From assembly GCF_009914755.1 (NCBI RefSeq), contig NC_060939.1: 64,000 nt of DNA; one strand, given 5' to 3'. The first letter of the stretch is position 1; the number at the start of each line of letters is the position of its first letter. The DNA is from the human T2T-CHM13v2.0 reference genome, Homo sapiens. Below, piece by piece: positions 40,839-59,795 of the stretch. The translations under genes were made by a program, and so were the position numbers. The notes below the pieces were generated by a model. That model did not search any database. It was not told the DNA's origin and saw only the letters and a list, made by a program, of their open reading frames with translations.

Positions 40839-42344
40839 AGCAGGCCCCTGTCAGCAAAGCCTGGAGAAGTGGGGCCGGAGTCTCCACCGCCACCATGTCC
40901 CTACCACCCCTTCCCAGGCACCCCTTTACAATTAGGGTAGCAGGACAAGACCTCTGTCTAATGGGGAAAGACAAACAGACCCTTTGCCACCTTGACCAGG
41001 GCTGAGTCCCTAAATTTCTGGATGATGATGATTGTTATTTAAGAGCCAGAGGCTGGTGGAGTTGGTTTGTTTGGAGGAGGCCTGATGTCCCCCTTACTCT
41101 CACCATAGCAACTTTTCCCTCAGGGGGGCTCCCTTCTTATTCAGAGAGGTAGGACAGTGGGGCTAACTGTGGACCAGGCGAGGGCACGGGCTGCTGGGGT
41201 GGCCCCCGTTCCCCGGTGTACACATTGTGTCTGTGTAAGGTTTTGTATATTCCAGAGGGTAGGGCCACCCCTGTGTCATACCTAGCTGAGGTTGGAGCCG
41301 GCACATGGGGAGGAGGTTGTAATAATTATTTGTGGCTGGGAAACTTATTTATTGCTAGCATAGGACAGAGGAAGGAGGCGGGGATGGGGTCGTGGCTCCC
41401 TGGTGATGCGACTCCTGTTTATTTTGCTTTTTATTTTGGAATAAATGGATTTAGCCATACTGCTCGGCCTGGTGTGTTCCCGTTTCCCTCACTGGGTCCT
41501 GGAGTTTGTGCCACCAAACGAGGAGCCCCAGAGTGTCTTGAGTATGTCCAGCTAGGCTGTTAGGGACCTTCCAGGCGTGTTACCTGTATGCTGCCTAGTG
41601 GCGCCTGGGGGATTCCACGGGGACTGCCATGGTGCCTATGGGGCGCAGTCCAGCCCTGACAGCCAACAGGCTCAGAAGCCTGTTGTAGCGGTGGCCAGGA
41701 AGACAGGTACCAGCACCTAAGGGCACTGACTTCCACCCACCCCAGGCGTCTTCCCTTCCGTCACCTTGCCTCCCTCCCCTGTCTGCACCTGGTGGCCTGT
41801 TCTCTCTGTCCCTCCAGAGTGCCGGCTGCCCGGCAGGCTCCCTTCAGGCTGAGTTCGTGGCCCTGCCCCCTGGTGGCCAGAGCCGGCTTCACAGGACAAG
41901 AGCCAGCTAAGTTCCAGGGGCTTTCCAGGAAAAGTGTCCCTTGGAAAGGGTATGGCCTTTTCACCCCTCCAAACAGCACCCTAGAAATGGCTTGGCCTTT
42001 CCCCTCCCCTGAGCTCCACAGAGAACACAGCCAGCAGAGGACACACTTCCCCGTCATCCAGAAATGGGTTTGATTCTCAGCCAAGGGACAGCAGGACTGG
42101 TAGAGACTGTCAGGCCACACAGCTGCCTGCACAGCACTCCCATGCTTGGTGGGGGGGCGGGAGGGATGGCGGGGGCTGACTCTCCATAGGCCAGGCGTGA
42201 CAGGGAGACTCACCGGAGGTCTTGCACTTTGGAGGGGCAATGTCGGGACAGCTTTCTCTTGTTGGGCCACAAGACTCCAAGAGGACAGCACGGTGACTGA
42301 TTCCCAGCACTAGAGGCGAGGCCGTTGGCCACATGTAGGTGTAG

Positions 42345-42345
<1 letters not shown>

Positions 42346-42380
<35 letters not shown>
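42346..42380. repeat. (GT)n microsatellite in the DNM1P 3'UTR
   Basis: Directly visible. Confidence 0.95.
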
Positions 42381-42383
<3 letters not shown>

Positions 42384-44539
42384 GGTATTTATAGATATTT
42401 ATAGAACAATGCGAGGGCATACCACAGAGGGGGGCACAAGTTTCACAACAGTCACACCTGGATGTGTCAGCTCACCACTACAACAGACTAAGTCACAGAT
42501 GAAGGGGGCTGGCTTTGGGGCTGGGGGAGCCACTGCCAAGTCACAGAACAGCCGCCCAGGCAGGCTTGGAAAGGGAGGCCTCCGAGAAGAGAAGGGATCT
42601 GTTTAGAGGTCGAAGGGGGGCGTGGGGCTCTCAGGATGGGATGGACTTGCGTGACCTGATCGGCTGGCAGTTGGAGAGAAAGCAGAGAGAAAAGAGGAGA
42701 GAGAAAAGGGAGCAGAGAGCTGGTGAGGCCAGTGCAGAGCACAGGTGTGCCACAGCAGCTGTGGGAGGGCCAGGGAGGGGAGGGCGCAGGTGCGGGTGTG
42801 GCAAGGTTCCTGGAAAAGAGGGGCTGGAAGGGAAAGGGGAGGAAGATGGAGGGAGGAGCCGGAGCTTCACAGGTAGTGCCTGGGGACTGTGGCGGCCCTC
42901 CCCACCCCACACATGCTGGCCTCTTCCATTGCACCCAGGCAGTGTACCCACAGGTCAGACCAACGCTCGGCCCCTTTGGGCTTCCCTCTTCTCTGGTCAC
43001 CAACCAACTTGTCTTCCAAGTCGTCTTCCAACCTGTCTTCCAACCAACTGGTCTAGGGCCACCTCTCACCTTGGGAAGCCCAACATAACAGCCACCAGGC
43101 CTGACAGAAGGAAAATTGCTCGAACAAGGATGATGAAGCTAAATGGGATGGATGGTTGGAGTGATCGCCGGAGCCCCCTCTGGGTGGTCAGGAAGCTCAG
43201 GACCCTCTGAAGGGACCCTGGGGGAGGCAGGGTGGGCAGGCAGCCGGATGCCACTGGCTATAAACTTATAAGTCTAAGAGGGGAGCCTCAGCTTGTTGGA
43301 GATTGCAGGTCCCATAGGTGAGGCTGGGTCCTTCCTCCCAGGGAAAGGAGACGGAGACCATGGCAAGGGAGGTGGGTGGGCTTGCTGGGCAGAGCTCAGC
43401 TGGGCCAGCAGGCACTGGGCTCCCCTCGGCTGAATAGGAGGGCCAATCTCTAGGAGCAACAAGCCAAGGTGCGTGAGCCCGCTGGCTGGTGGTAGTGCTT
43501 CAGCGGGGCCCAGGGACCCTGCCTTCAGTCACATGCTAGCAGCTGTGATGGTACCTGGGAGGGAGGGAAGGGGGCTGTGTGCCCCTACCTGACCTGTGAG
43601 GTGTGTTTTGGGTTGACCATGTGTATGGGACTCTCGAGGTTTTATCCTAGATCACCACTGTTTTGCCAACAGATAGAGGAGGTGGGACCCTATCACCCCT
43701 GCTCTGCAGTGGATTTGGCCCTCAGCACTCCAAGGCATCCAGGCTGGGAGCTGGATGCCCCACCCTGGCAGCATGGCTCAGACAGCACAAAAGGCATGGC
43801 GTGCCCAGGATGACATTCCTGGGCCTCTGGCCACCTCAGAGTACAGCCCCACACACAACCCCCTCCAAGCTCTCAGCCCTTACACCACGAGCTCCCTGAT
43901 GGCTCCAGAGACCACCCACATCTGCCAGCTTGGGCACGGAGCCTGTTCCAAGAGCCCCCAGGCTCAGCCATGGGGGCTGGGGAGACTTGGGGCCATAGGG
44001 GCCAGCCCTGGTACCTGCGTCTGGCAAGGACGCTCTGCACCTGCAGCCAGGAGTTGTCCACGGGCCCCCATGTGCGTGCTGATGGTGGTTGTGTTGATGT
44101 CACCGATGATGCTGAGCACCTCCTTCAGCACGTGGTACATGCGCAGCATCTCATCTCGCCACTGTGCCTGCTCTGCCAACTCCTCCATCAGCGTGTTCTG
44201 GTTCCCATGCAAGTACAGGTTGGACAGCAACTCTGATAATATGAGCTCCTTGGTCTGAGAGGGGGCAAAGAGGGAAGGAGGTTGGGACCTGATGCATGTG
44301 CTGGCCTGATGCCTGTGCTGGGACAGTGTGCTGGACTTGGAGCCCTGAGTATGGCTTTGCACACGCGGCTTCTACACCGCTTAGACTCAAAGATCTGCCA
44401 CCCCACCGCCCTTTTCTCACTCAGATAGGGACGCTGAGGTCCAGAGGAAAAGTCACCTGTCCAAGGTCACACATCTGGGAGGGGACCCAGGACCTATCAT
44501 GCCACCAGGACACCTGTCTACTCAGTTTCTTAAAAATGT

Positions 44540-44828
<289 letters not shown>

Positions 44829-45659
44829 AGTCCCACATTATAGTTCTATGAGACAGCTCTGGTCTGGACTGTGCCTCCCTCCCTGAACCTGGTCCCATAG
44901 GGCTGGTCGGCATCTCCCCCAGGCCAACATGGCCACCTGCATCCCCAGTGCCACAGGAGCCCCCTGCCCCTATGAGGTGGTGCATGCACGTTGTTGATCA
45001 TGACGTGCATGACGGTCTTGGGCATGAAACCAACTATGAGGTCCCACACAGTCTTGTTGACAATGGCCTTGTAGGAGTCCACAAGGTTCTGGGTGGTTTC
45101 CATTTGCCGCTTCAGCTGTGGGTCCATGGAGTGGACTTAAGATTGAGTCTAGACCTAGACTGCTGCCGGGCTTTGCAAAACCCAACTGGAGTTGGGTCCT
45201 GGGCTGCTCTCTGTGGTTCTGAAGCACCATCTCCCACCAGTGTGGCTGGTTCCCCTTAATCTGCATCTCTGGTGTCTCCTATACAGCCTCTGCCAGAAAT
45301 TCAAAAGCAGAGAGGGCTTTTATTTTCTATCTTCCAAAATAAATTTCAAAGTATTATTGGCAAACTTGAATAGTGACTTCTGTTTCATAATTTTTCATCG
45401 CCTTTTGGTTTCATCTTTAGAAAGTTTTTTAAGTTATGAGAATTTTTCTTTCCCTTAGAAGTTGATGCACATAAATCCCCTTGTTTGCCACATTAATGGC
45501 AGACCTTACTTTCCCCTCCCCGATTCCTGCAGGGGATCTCCAAAAATCTAAGCGTTAGGAAAGAGCCCAGCCAATCGCATCCCAGTGGTATCCCCACCCT
45601 TCTTCACCTCTCCCAGACTGTAGCCTTGCCCCACCCTCTCAGCCACCAGGGACACTCAC

Positions 45660-45854
45660 AGGGAATCTTGTTAATCTCATTGAAGAACTTCTCCTTCAGT
45701 TTGGCAAACATGTCCTCCTGGCTCTCCCCAGCACTCCCACTCTCGGTGGAGTTGTCCACGGGTCCAATGGGCATCGTGACGGTGGTGGTGGCAGGAGCCA
45801 CAATAGGCTCTTGGTTCCTCTTGAAAATGTTCCTCATGGTGGCAGAGGGGACAG
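45660..45854 (-). pseudogene. Duplicated synaptotagmin-2 (SYT2) first coding exon
   Basis: GCCACC-ATG at 45837 gives [59 protein letters not shown], nearly identical to the SYT2 luminal N-terminus as recalled. Donor T|gtgagt at 45659 is intact. The polypyrimidine tract ends in cat rather than cag. Confidence 0.9.
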
Positions 45855-47949
45855 ATGGGGATGAGAGGGGAAGAGGGCAGGGTGAGCATCCCAGAGGTTG
45901 TCTTCCCCTCAGAAAGCCATGCCCAAAGGACCAGGAGAAGCTCTTTATCGATCAAAGATATTTTGCATAATAGTAACAACTGTAGTAAACCAATAATAAT
46001 AGACATCATCCAATTAGTACACAGTCAGCCTGGGTAGCATAGCAAGACCCTATCTTTAGAAATTTTTTTTTTTTTTTAATTAGGCATGGTGGAGGCTGAA
46101 GTGACAGAGGATCACTTGAGTCCAGGAGTTTGAGGTTACATGAACTATGGGTGACTAAGTAAGGTTCTATCTCTTAAAAAAAATAGTAGTACATATATGT
46201 GCCAAGCACTATGCAAAGCACTTTCCATGCATTATTCATCTAATCCAAAAAATAACCTAATGGTTTTTATTGTTTCCATTTAACAGATGGGGAAACAGGT
46301 TCAGAGAGGTTAGAAAGTTTTTCCAAGGTCACTTAGCTGTAAGTTCTGAAACTGAGGTTTGAACTGGTCTACCCAACTCCAGAGCTTGTATAGCTAATCA
46401 CTCTCCTATATCTCATTTAAATCTAACCTCACCACTCTAGGAAGGAGACAAGGTTTTACACTGAGGGCTCCTCTTTCAACCTCTCTCCTTGACTTCCAAG
46501 GATTTCTAGATATTACTCTGCCTAGAATCTCTGCCCAGCTCCATGACACTTGAACTCTCCACATCCCTGACTCCAATTCCTCCTCCTGCCCTCCAAGACT
46601 CCTCAGCCCTCTGTAGTTTCTTCATGGGCTCCCTCAGTGCCCACTCAGGGTTTGTTTTGACCTCTCCTGTAGGAAGACGGCACCCACATCTCCATCTCTA
46701 GCCCTTCCTCCCGGGTCCACTCTGTAGCCCCTACTCCAAGTTCATCTCTAGCCCTGCCCCCACATGCAGCTGCACATTAGCCTTCCTGCATCAAAGATGT
46801 GATGTTTATTAATAACATAACCCAGACTTACTGTAGAAAATTTGGGGAGAGAGAGAAATCCCCCCATAATTCTACCCTCCAAAGTCAACTAGCATTTGGG
46901 GCATTCTATGCTGGTATTTTTTCTGAGTATGTTTTACATGTTGAGGCCATGCTATGCATAGTTTTTTTGAAGATTTTTTACATAAAATTTCATCATAAGC
47001 CTTTTCCTTTATTGTTTTGTATTATTAAATAGCTACAGAATATCGTACTACATGGTAACACCATAATTTGTTTAGCCATTCCACTATTAGACATTTAGGC
47101 AGTTTTCAACTTTTTGCTAGTAAAACACTGAGCATATATGTTGGTCTTCATTTAAGGCAATGTTCTTACGAGCTTCCAAACTCTGCCCCCCCATAATTCT
47201 GTCCTCTCCACCGAGCTCTTTTTGCTCCTCGGGGCTATGCACTCATTTCTCAACTGAAAGTCCTATGAGGGAAGATCCTGTGTTGGCAACAGCACCCCTC
47301 CTGCCAAGCACACAGTGGGCACTCAGGGTATTTGTTGATTGAGGTCCTCTGAGGCAACATAGCAGCATACACCCACAGGTATTCCAGGATGCAGGAATAA
47401 ACAGCACAACTCCCTGAAGCATCCGTTTTACTGAATGGCAATTTACAGTATTTTTAAATTAAAACAAGCTGGAAATATAGAGTAGGATGCATACAGCACA
47501 AGAATTTAAAGAAAAAATGTGAGACTTTTCTTACTGCATGTTAGGGATGTGTTAACTCTCCTCTGGACTCAGGGTTCTTCTGAAGGAACATTTTAGAAGC
47601 TCTTAGGTTCTGTCCCTTCCTTTCAAAACCTGCTGAGATCCCCTCCCCAGCCCTGGAGACTGCTCCAGCCTTAAGTACTTTTGGTGACCTGTACATTGAT
47701 GCAATGTAGGTTCATTCACCAAGCATTTATTAAACTCTTACTACCTGCCATGTTGAAATAGCCTTGACCCCAAAACTGGTCTTGAAGTGAAAAACCAAGG
47801 TCCACTGGACTTCACCTCTGGGGACAAAGAGATGGGTGCAGTTTGGCGGGAACTGCAAGTAGCCACACAAGGGGATAAATATGTGTCCAGGGCCTTCCGC
47901 CATGTCCATCTCCCCTCACTTCTACAAAACTGTTAAGGGCTCTGTGACC

Positions 47950-53710
<5,761 letters not shown>

Positions 53711-54519
53711 TCAGGTTGAGCCTAGCTCCTCCATTCTACCCTTGCCCCTGGATTGGCAGTCCTCCTCCCCTTTCTGCAGACAGCTGCCCACAGCCGGTCC
53801 ACGGTCCCTACAGCACCCCACCCTCTCACTCTCCACTGCAGGGTGGGCAGGAGGCAGCACGGGCTGCGGGAAGAGGCTGAATGTAGTCCCAAGAATGCCA
53901 ACCACTTGTCATTTGACTCCAAACAAATCCCTTTGTGAAACTTGATTTCTTCAATATACAATTGTGGAAAATAATACCTACTTTTCAGAACTGCTGTGAA
54001 AAATTTAAAAATAAATTTGGTTGTGTCTGGCACATAGAGGGCATTCAATAAATGTGGGTTGGATGTGAATCTGAGAAGTGTTCATTGAACCTTATCTGAG
54101 GCACCTGGAAGTGGCCCTGGCACTGTAGAGGGACCCAAGGTTCATGGTGGATGCGGGCTTTCTCTCCAAGACTGACCATCCAGAAATGGTCCTGTAGCAA
54201 AGTAAAGCTGCTTGGAGTGAAATAAACCAGCCAGGAATGAAGATGTTTAATGCTCCAGAGGTTCAGGGAACCTGCAGGCCAGGAATGAAGGGGGAGAACT
54301 GCATTTCAGGAGTGTTGGAGTCCAAGAAAAGGAGATTAGACTTCCCTCTATACCCAGCAGGAACCACTGAAGGGTGCTGAGCAGTTATAAGTGGGGTTTG
54401 TGAAGTTAGCTCCATGGGGAGTGGAGCAGGGAGGCTGGTTCCACAGACCAGAAATGGTAAAGACCTGCACTAGGATGGGAAGGTAAGGAATGGAGTAGAG
54501 AGAACAGATGTGAGAGACA

Positions 54520-55150
54520 CATTCATTCATTCATTCATTCATTCATTCATTCATTCACTCACTCAAGTATTTACTGAGCTCATATCCTGCTTCCCTCATG
54601 GAATTTACCATGCACTTCACATAAGTGCATATGAAATTGTAATTATGAGAAGTGCAAGAAAGGAGAGCCATCTGGTGGTGGTGAGCATTTATAAAGGGGC
54701 ATACCTGAACTAATCTGGGAAAGCAAAAGTGCTTTCTTGAAAAATTGATGATTGAACTGAGACCCGAAGGGTGGGTATTTATCCAGGTAAAGAGGAGATG
54801 AAAGGGCAGCCTAGGCAGAGAGCACAGCCTATGCAAAGGCCCAGAGGTGGGATGCAGTGTGGTGAGTCCAAAGCCTGAGGGAAGGCCAGGGCAGCTGGAG
54901 TGGATGGAGCATGGTTCAGGGTGAGGCTGGCAGGCCGGGCAGGGCAGAATCAGGGGCACCATAGGCTGCGTCAAGGAGTTTTGTCCTTCCCAAAGAGGAA
55001 TGAGAAGCTGTGGGAGGCCTTTTAGGGTGGGGGCAGGGGTAACATGTACAAATGCATATTTTGAAAGTTTCACTTTGGCTGTCATAAGTAAAAAGACTAG
55101 GATGGAGCATAACTCCAGAGGAAAGGGGGGAAAGAGTTGAAAACAGCCAA
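54520..55150 (-). mobile_element. L2 3' end with (CATT)n tail
   Basis: (CATT)n followed by CAAGTATTTACTGAGC and L2-like body. Confidence 0.7.
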
Positions 55151-56552
55151 TAACAAATGTCATCCCCGAGCTCTTATGAAAGACAGACAGTGTTCCCGGG
55201 GAACCTGCCAGAGGAAGATGACTTAGAGCTGCAGAGAGGGAATGTGGGGAGTCCATGAAGCAGCAGCAGCAGATTCGAGGCTTTTCCAGACTCCAAAAAA
55301 ACCAGGAGGCTATAGCTGCCCAGACAGCAAGGGAATAAAAGATGCCTGAGAAGGAGGCTCTCGGTCAAAGGCAGGCATGGGCAGTGGGCCCAGAGAGTGG
55401 ATGGGGTGGATTCAGGGCCCACCTCTCATTATGCACCCAGTACATGGCACCAGGTGCTGAGACCAGAAGCCTTGGGGTCATCCTTCCCATCCATGTGGGG
55501 TCACCCCCCACATCCCAGGTGTCTGCAAACTCATCAACAACCCACAGTGCCTTCCAAATCTGGCCGCTTTCCACCCTCCACCTGGAGTACCACAGTAGCC
55601 TCCAATCTGGAAGCTTCCACTCCCCTCCACTCAGCCTGATCTCCACACTGCAGCCAGACTGATCTATTTAAAACCCTCCTGTGGCATCTTGTCACATTTA
55701 GAATAAGATCCCTGCCTGGCCTGGCCCCTGGCTGGCTCCCACAGGCATCTCCTGTCCCTGCTCTCAGTCACTCAGTTCCTGCCATGCTGGCCTCTTGCTA
55801 CCAGCCACAAACCCACCAAACAGACCCCCAGCCCACAGCCTCGGCACTTACTCTCCCTCAGCCTAGAATGCTGTTCCTGGAGAAATCTCCCTGACCTTCC
55901 CGGGCCACCATCAGCCCCTCTAGTCTTCTTTTCCCACCATGGTCTGTGGTGCCTACAACTTGTTCACAATTCCCTGCACTCCCTTGGCATTTTTGTGGTA
56001 TTCACCTGGCAAAGCGCCAGCCCTGGAGAAATCCCACTGACAGCTTTCTCCTTCTCCATGGCTACCCCTGACTGCTGAGCCCCCTGGTGAGAGTCTCCCC
56101 ACAGTACGAGGGCAGCCCGTGCCCCATCAGTCCCCAGGATCATCCAGGCCCTCTGCACTGCACAGAAACTGCAGGAAACGCCTCCCCACCAGCTTTGCCT
56201 CCTCCTCCAGTCTCCGCAGGCCTGTGGCTCCCTCACACCCCTCCTGTCTCTTTCCTGTTGTTTTAAAGAAAAATAAAAGTGAGAAATCTCTCAAAATGTC
56301 CCAGCCTCGGGTCAAACCACAGACCTTTCCTCCTGACCCCTTCTCAGTTGAGGGCTTTTCCTCTGGTTAAGCCAGTTCCCGCTCCTGCACAGGATCCCTC
56401 CTGACTTCTCAGGAAGTCTTTGCCATCCCTGCCCTTTCTTGTGCCTAACATTTCCCCCTTCCCTCGGCTGAGGCTGGACCAGTCCAGTTTATCACATCAC
56501 CCACCAAAAATGAGCTCCACCTGCTGCCTTGTTCTCCCTTTCCCTTTGTGAC

Positions 56553-56641
56553 CACACACACACACACACACTTGCGCACACACATACACACATGCACACA
56601 CATACACACACGTGCACACACACACACATACACGCAACACA
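56553..56641. repeat. Imperfect (CA)n
   Basis: Directly visible. Confidence 0.9.
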
Positions 56642-57316
56642 TGGTCCCCATTTCATCACGTCCGCCTCACTCATCAGCCCCTCCGTTGTGGCTTCTGCCC
56701 CATCCCTCTGCTGAAGTAGTTCTTTGTAAAGTCATGGATGATGAACACAAGGTCACTAAACCCAGGCCACATTTTCATTTTCCTTGAGCTGGACCCCTGA
56801 GCTGTGGTCACCAGCTGGCCGCTGCCTGCTTTCATCATAACTGTGACTACTCCTCCTTCGGTTGCCTCAGGCTTGCCCTTGGGGTCCTTCCCTTCTCAGC
56901 CATGGTGTCTCCCTGAGTGGTTCCTTCCACACCCTGGCATCAGTGCCATCCTCTTCGGTCAGATTCAAGCCACTTCTGAGCTCCAGGCCCACAGGTCAAC
57001 TGGCCCCCGACATAGCCGCCTGATCTGGGTCTCCTCTTGCTCACCTCCAGTCAGTTCCGTATTTGCCACCAAGGCAATCTTCATAAAATGCAAAGCCGGT
57101 CATGTCGCCGTAATGAAAAGCCATCCCAGGGAGACAGGCCAAAAGCCCTAGCGTCGCCTACAGCCCCTCATGCTCTCCATCCAGCAGCACCTCGGCTTTC
57201 CCTCCCTGGGTTGCTAACACCAGCCCATACTCCTTCTTTTGTTTCCCCTAATACACTGTATTACCCTCCTCGGGGCCTTTGCACATGCTGTGCCCCCTTC
57301 ATGGAGCTAAAGCCTA

Positions 57317-57707
57317 TGATACAGTTTGCATCTGTGTCCCTGCCCAAATCTCGTGTCAAATGGTAATCCCTGATGTTGGAGGTGAGGCCTCGTGGGAGGT
57401 GATTGGATCACAGGGTCAGATCTAGTGATAGTGAGTTCTCATGAGACTGGTCATTTAAAAGTGTGTAGCACCCTCCAACCCCCACTCCCCTGCCTCTTCC
57501 TCCTGCTCTGGCCATGTGAAGTGCTGGCTCCCTCTTCACCTTCCGCCATGATTGTAAGTTTCCTGAGGCCTCTCCAGAAGCCGAGCAGATGCCAGCATCA
57601 TGCTTCCTGTACAGCCTGTGGAACTTCGAACCAACCAAACCTCCTTTCTTCATAAATTACCCAGTCTTAGGTGTTTCTTTATAGCAGTGCAAGATCAGAC
57701 TAATACA
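57317..57707 (+). mobile_element. MaLR solo LTR (MSTA/MSTB-like)
   Basis: TGATACAGTTTG...ACTAATACA termini, GCCATGATTGTAAGTTTCCTGAGGCC core, 5-bp flanks GCCTA/GTCTA. Confidence 0.88.
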
Positions 57708-57969
57708 GTCTACACATCTTTCTCAGCTCAAACAGCACTTCCAAGTGCGCCTTCCTCCACACACCCATGGCTCCCTCCTCCCCTACCCTGCATCAAGGCC
57801 CCAACCACCTACTTTCCCGGCTCTCCATTCTCATCCCCATGGTACTCATGCAGCTTGTGACTGTATAAGCAGCCACCTCATTTGTCTTGCTCACTGCTGC
57901 TGCTCTAGTGCAGGTGTTGGCCAACAGCAGTCCAGGGGCTAAATCCAGTCCCCCACCTAATTTTTGTAA

Positions 57970-58273
<304 letters not shown>

Positions 58274-58499
58274 TAAATGATCAAGCAGGAAAGACTTGAG
58301 ATTGGGTCACATTATGTCATTTCACAGAAGACACTGAATTCTGTGGGGAAGTGGCCTTCCTAGGGTTCCCCCGTGCAGTACAGGCTGGCTCTGGGCCCGG
58401 GGCTCTTTCCACAAACCATGTTAAGACTCAGTCGTCATCAGGCTGTATCCAGGGGCACCCACTCAAGCATAGATTGGGAAGGAACCAAGGCCTGGTGTG

Positions 58500-58502
<3 letters not shown>

Positions 58503-58540
<38 letters not shown>
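58503..58540. repeat. (GT)n microsatellite
   Basis: Directly visible. Confidence 0.95.
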
Positions 58541-58542
<2 letters not shown>

Positions 58543-59619
58543 AGTGAGACCCCAAAGCTGGCATGGGAGGTAGGGGCATTGCGCACAGCTTTGGGAACTG
58601 CCCACCCTTCCTCTCCTCTTGCAGCAGGCCTAGGACTATAGAGAGTCAGACATACCCCCTTATGAACCATTTCACCTCATGTGGTTTCTTTCACCTCTCT
58701 GAGTGTCAGACTTCTAAACTATTGGAATGCAGCTTTTATTCCTAAACCCTCGAGTTGAGGCTGGGATTAAATGAGACGTTGCATGGGTGGAGACCACATG
58801 TCCTTCCCACAGCCCACGTCTACCCAGCATGTAGAGAACCACTGCTTATTTTTCCCAGGCTGCCCTTGGGTTGCATTTCCATTTTCCCTGGGAGACATGC
58901 CAGTAGCTGAGAGACCAAGATTCCCTCGGCTGTCTCTCCTTCTGATGTGACCCCCTATCACCTGGCTCTGCTGTCCCTTCTAGAGTCAGAGAAAAAAAAA
59001 TGTAGAAAGAAGGAAAACAGCAGGAGCCCTTTCATACCCCACATGCCACCCCCAAGACTCCTGGAGGCCCGGAGAAGTGAAGCCAGTTGTCCAGGGTCGC
59101 ACAGGCATTTGGTGGAGGAAGAATCTAAATCCCTGGACCCCCAGTCCAGTGCTTCCTTCCACAGCCCAGCAGCCTCCTCCGCCTCCAGGACTATTTCCCC
59201 CACTCTAGGAGGCAGGGCTCCCATGGCTGTGGAGGAATGGCGGTGAGAACGGTGTGAGGGAGAGCCAAATTATCGGGAACTCACAGCTGCCTCGCCTCCC
59301 GCATGGCTGGGAGCTGCAGTCCCTGGGAGAGCAGCCAGCTGGAAGACTCAAGGACGATAAATGGATCTGGGTGCCAGGGCTCCCAGGACAGAGTGAACTC
59401 CTCTGTCTGGTCAGAATCACCCGAGCAGGAAAGCATGAAATGGCACCATTAGGTGAAGGCTGCAGCTGTCCGGGGAGGGAGGCTGGGGGTGTGGAGAGAT
59501 GCCTGCTCCCAGCCTGCTGGGCCACAGGTCAAGGTCTGAAGAGGAAGGGGCCTGGGAGGCCCCAACAAGGGAGAAGACACACAAGGGAAGGGACTGAGGA
59601 AGGGTCTCTCAGGCTTGGC

Positions 59620-59795
59620 CTGCATCAAGCCCCCCTGGGGAGTTTGTTAAAATGTAGACCCTCTGCCATCGCACCTGTCTCCCAGAGCCTAACTCAGAAA
59701 ACTCAGTGGACTGGAATGTGCCCAGGGATCTGCATGGTAACAAGCACCCCCATTTCCTCTCATGCAGGTGATCTGGGCACCACACTTTGAAAAAA
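59620..59795. mobile_element. MER5-like DNA transposon fossil
   Basis: CCTGGGGAGTTTGTTAAAATG...AACAAGCACCCC...ACCACACTTTGA motifs. Confidence 0.6.

Noticed and set aside
42488-43210. Overlapping 193-aa and 231-aa ORFs, and a short (GTCTTCCAA)x3 repeat near 43010
   Set aside because: Chance open frames in GC-rich DNM1 intron/UTR sequence; no recognisable protein.
54555-55256. 233-aa ORF on -
   Set aside because: Overlaps a decayed L2; no supporting gene structure.
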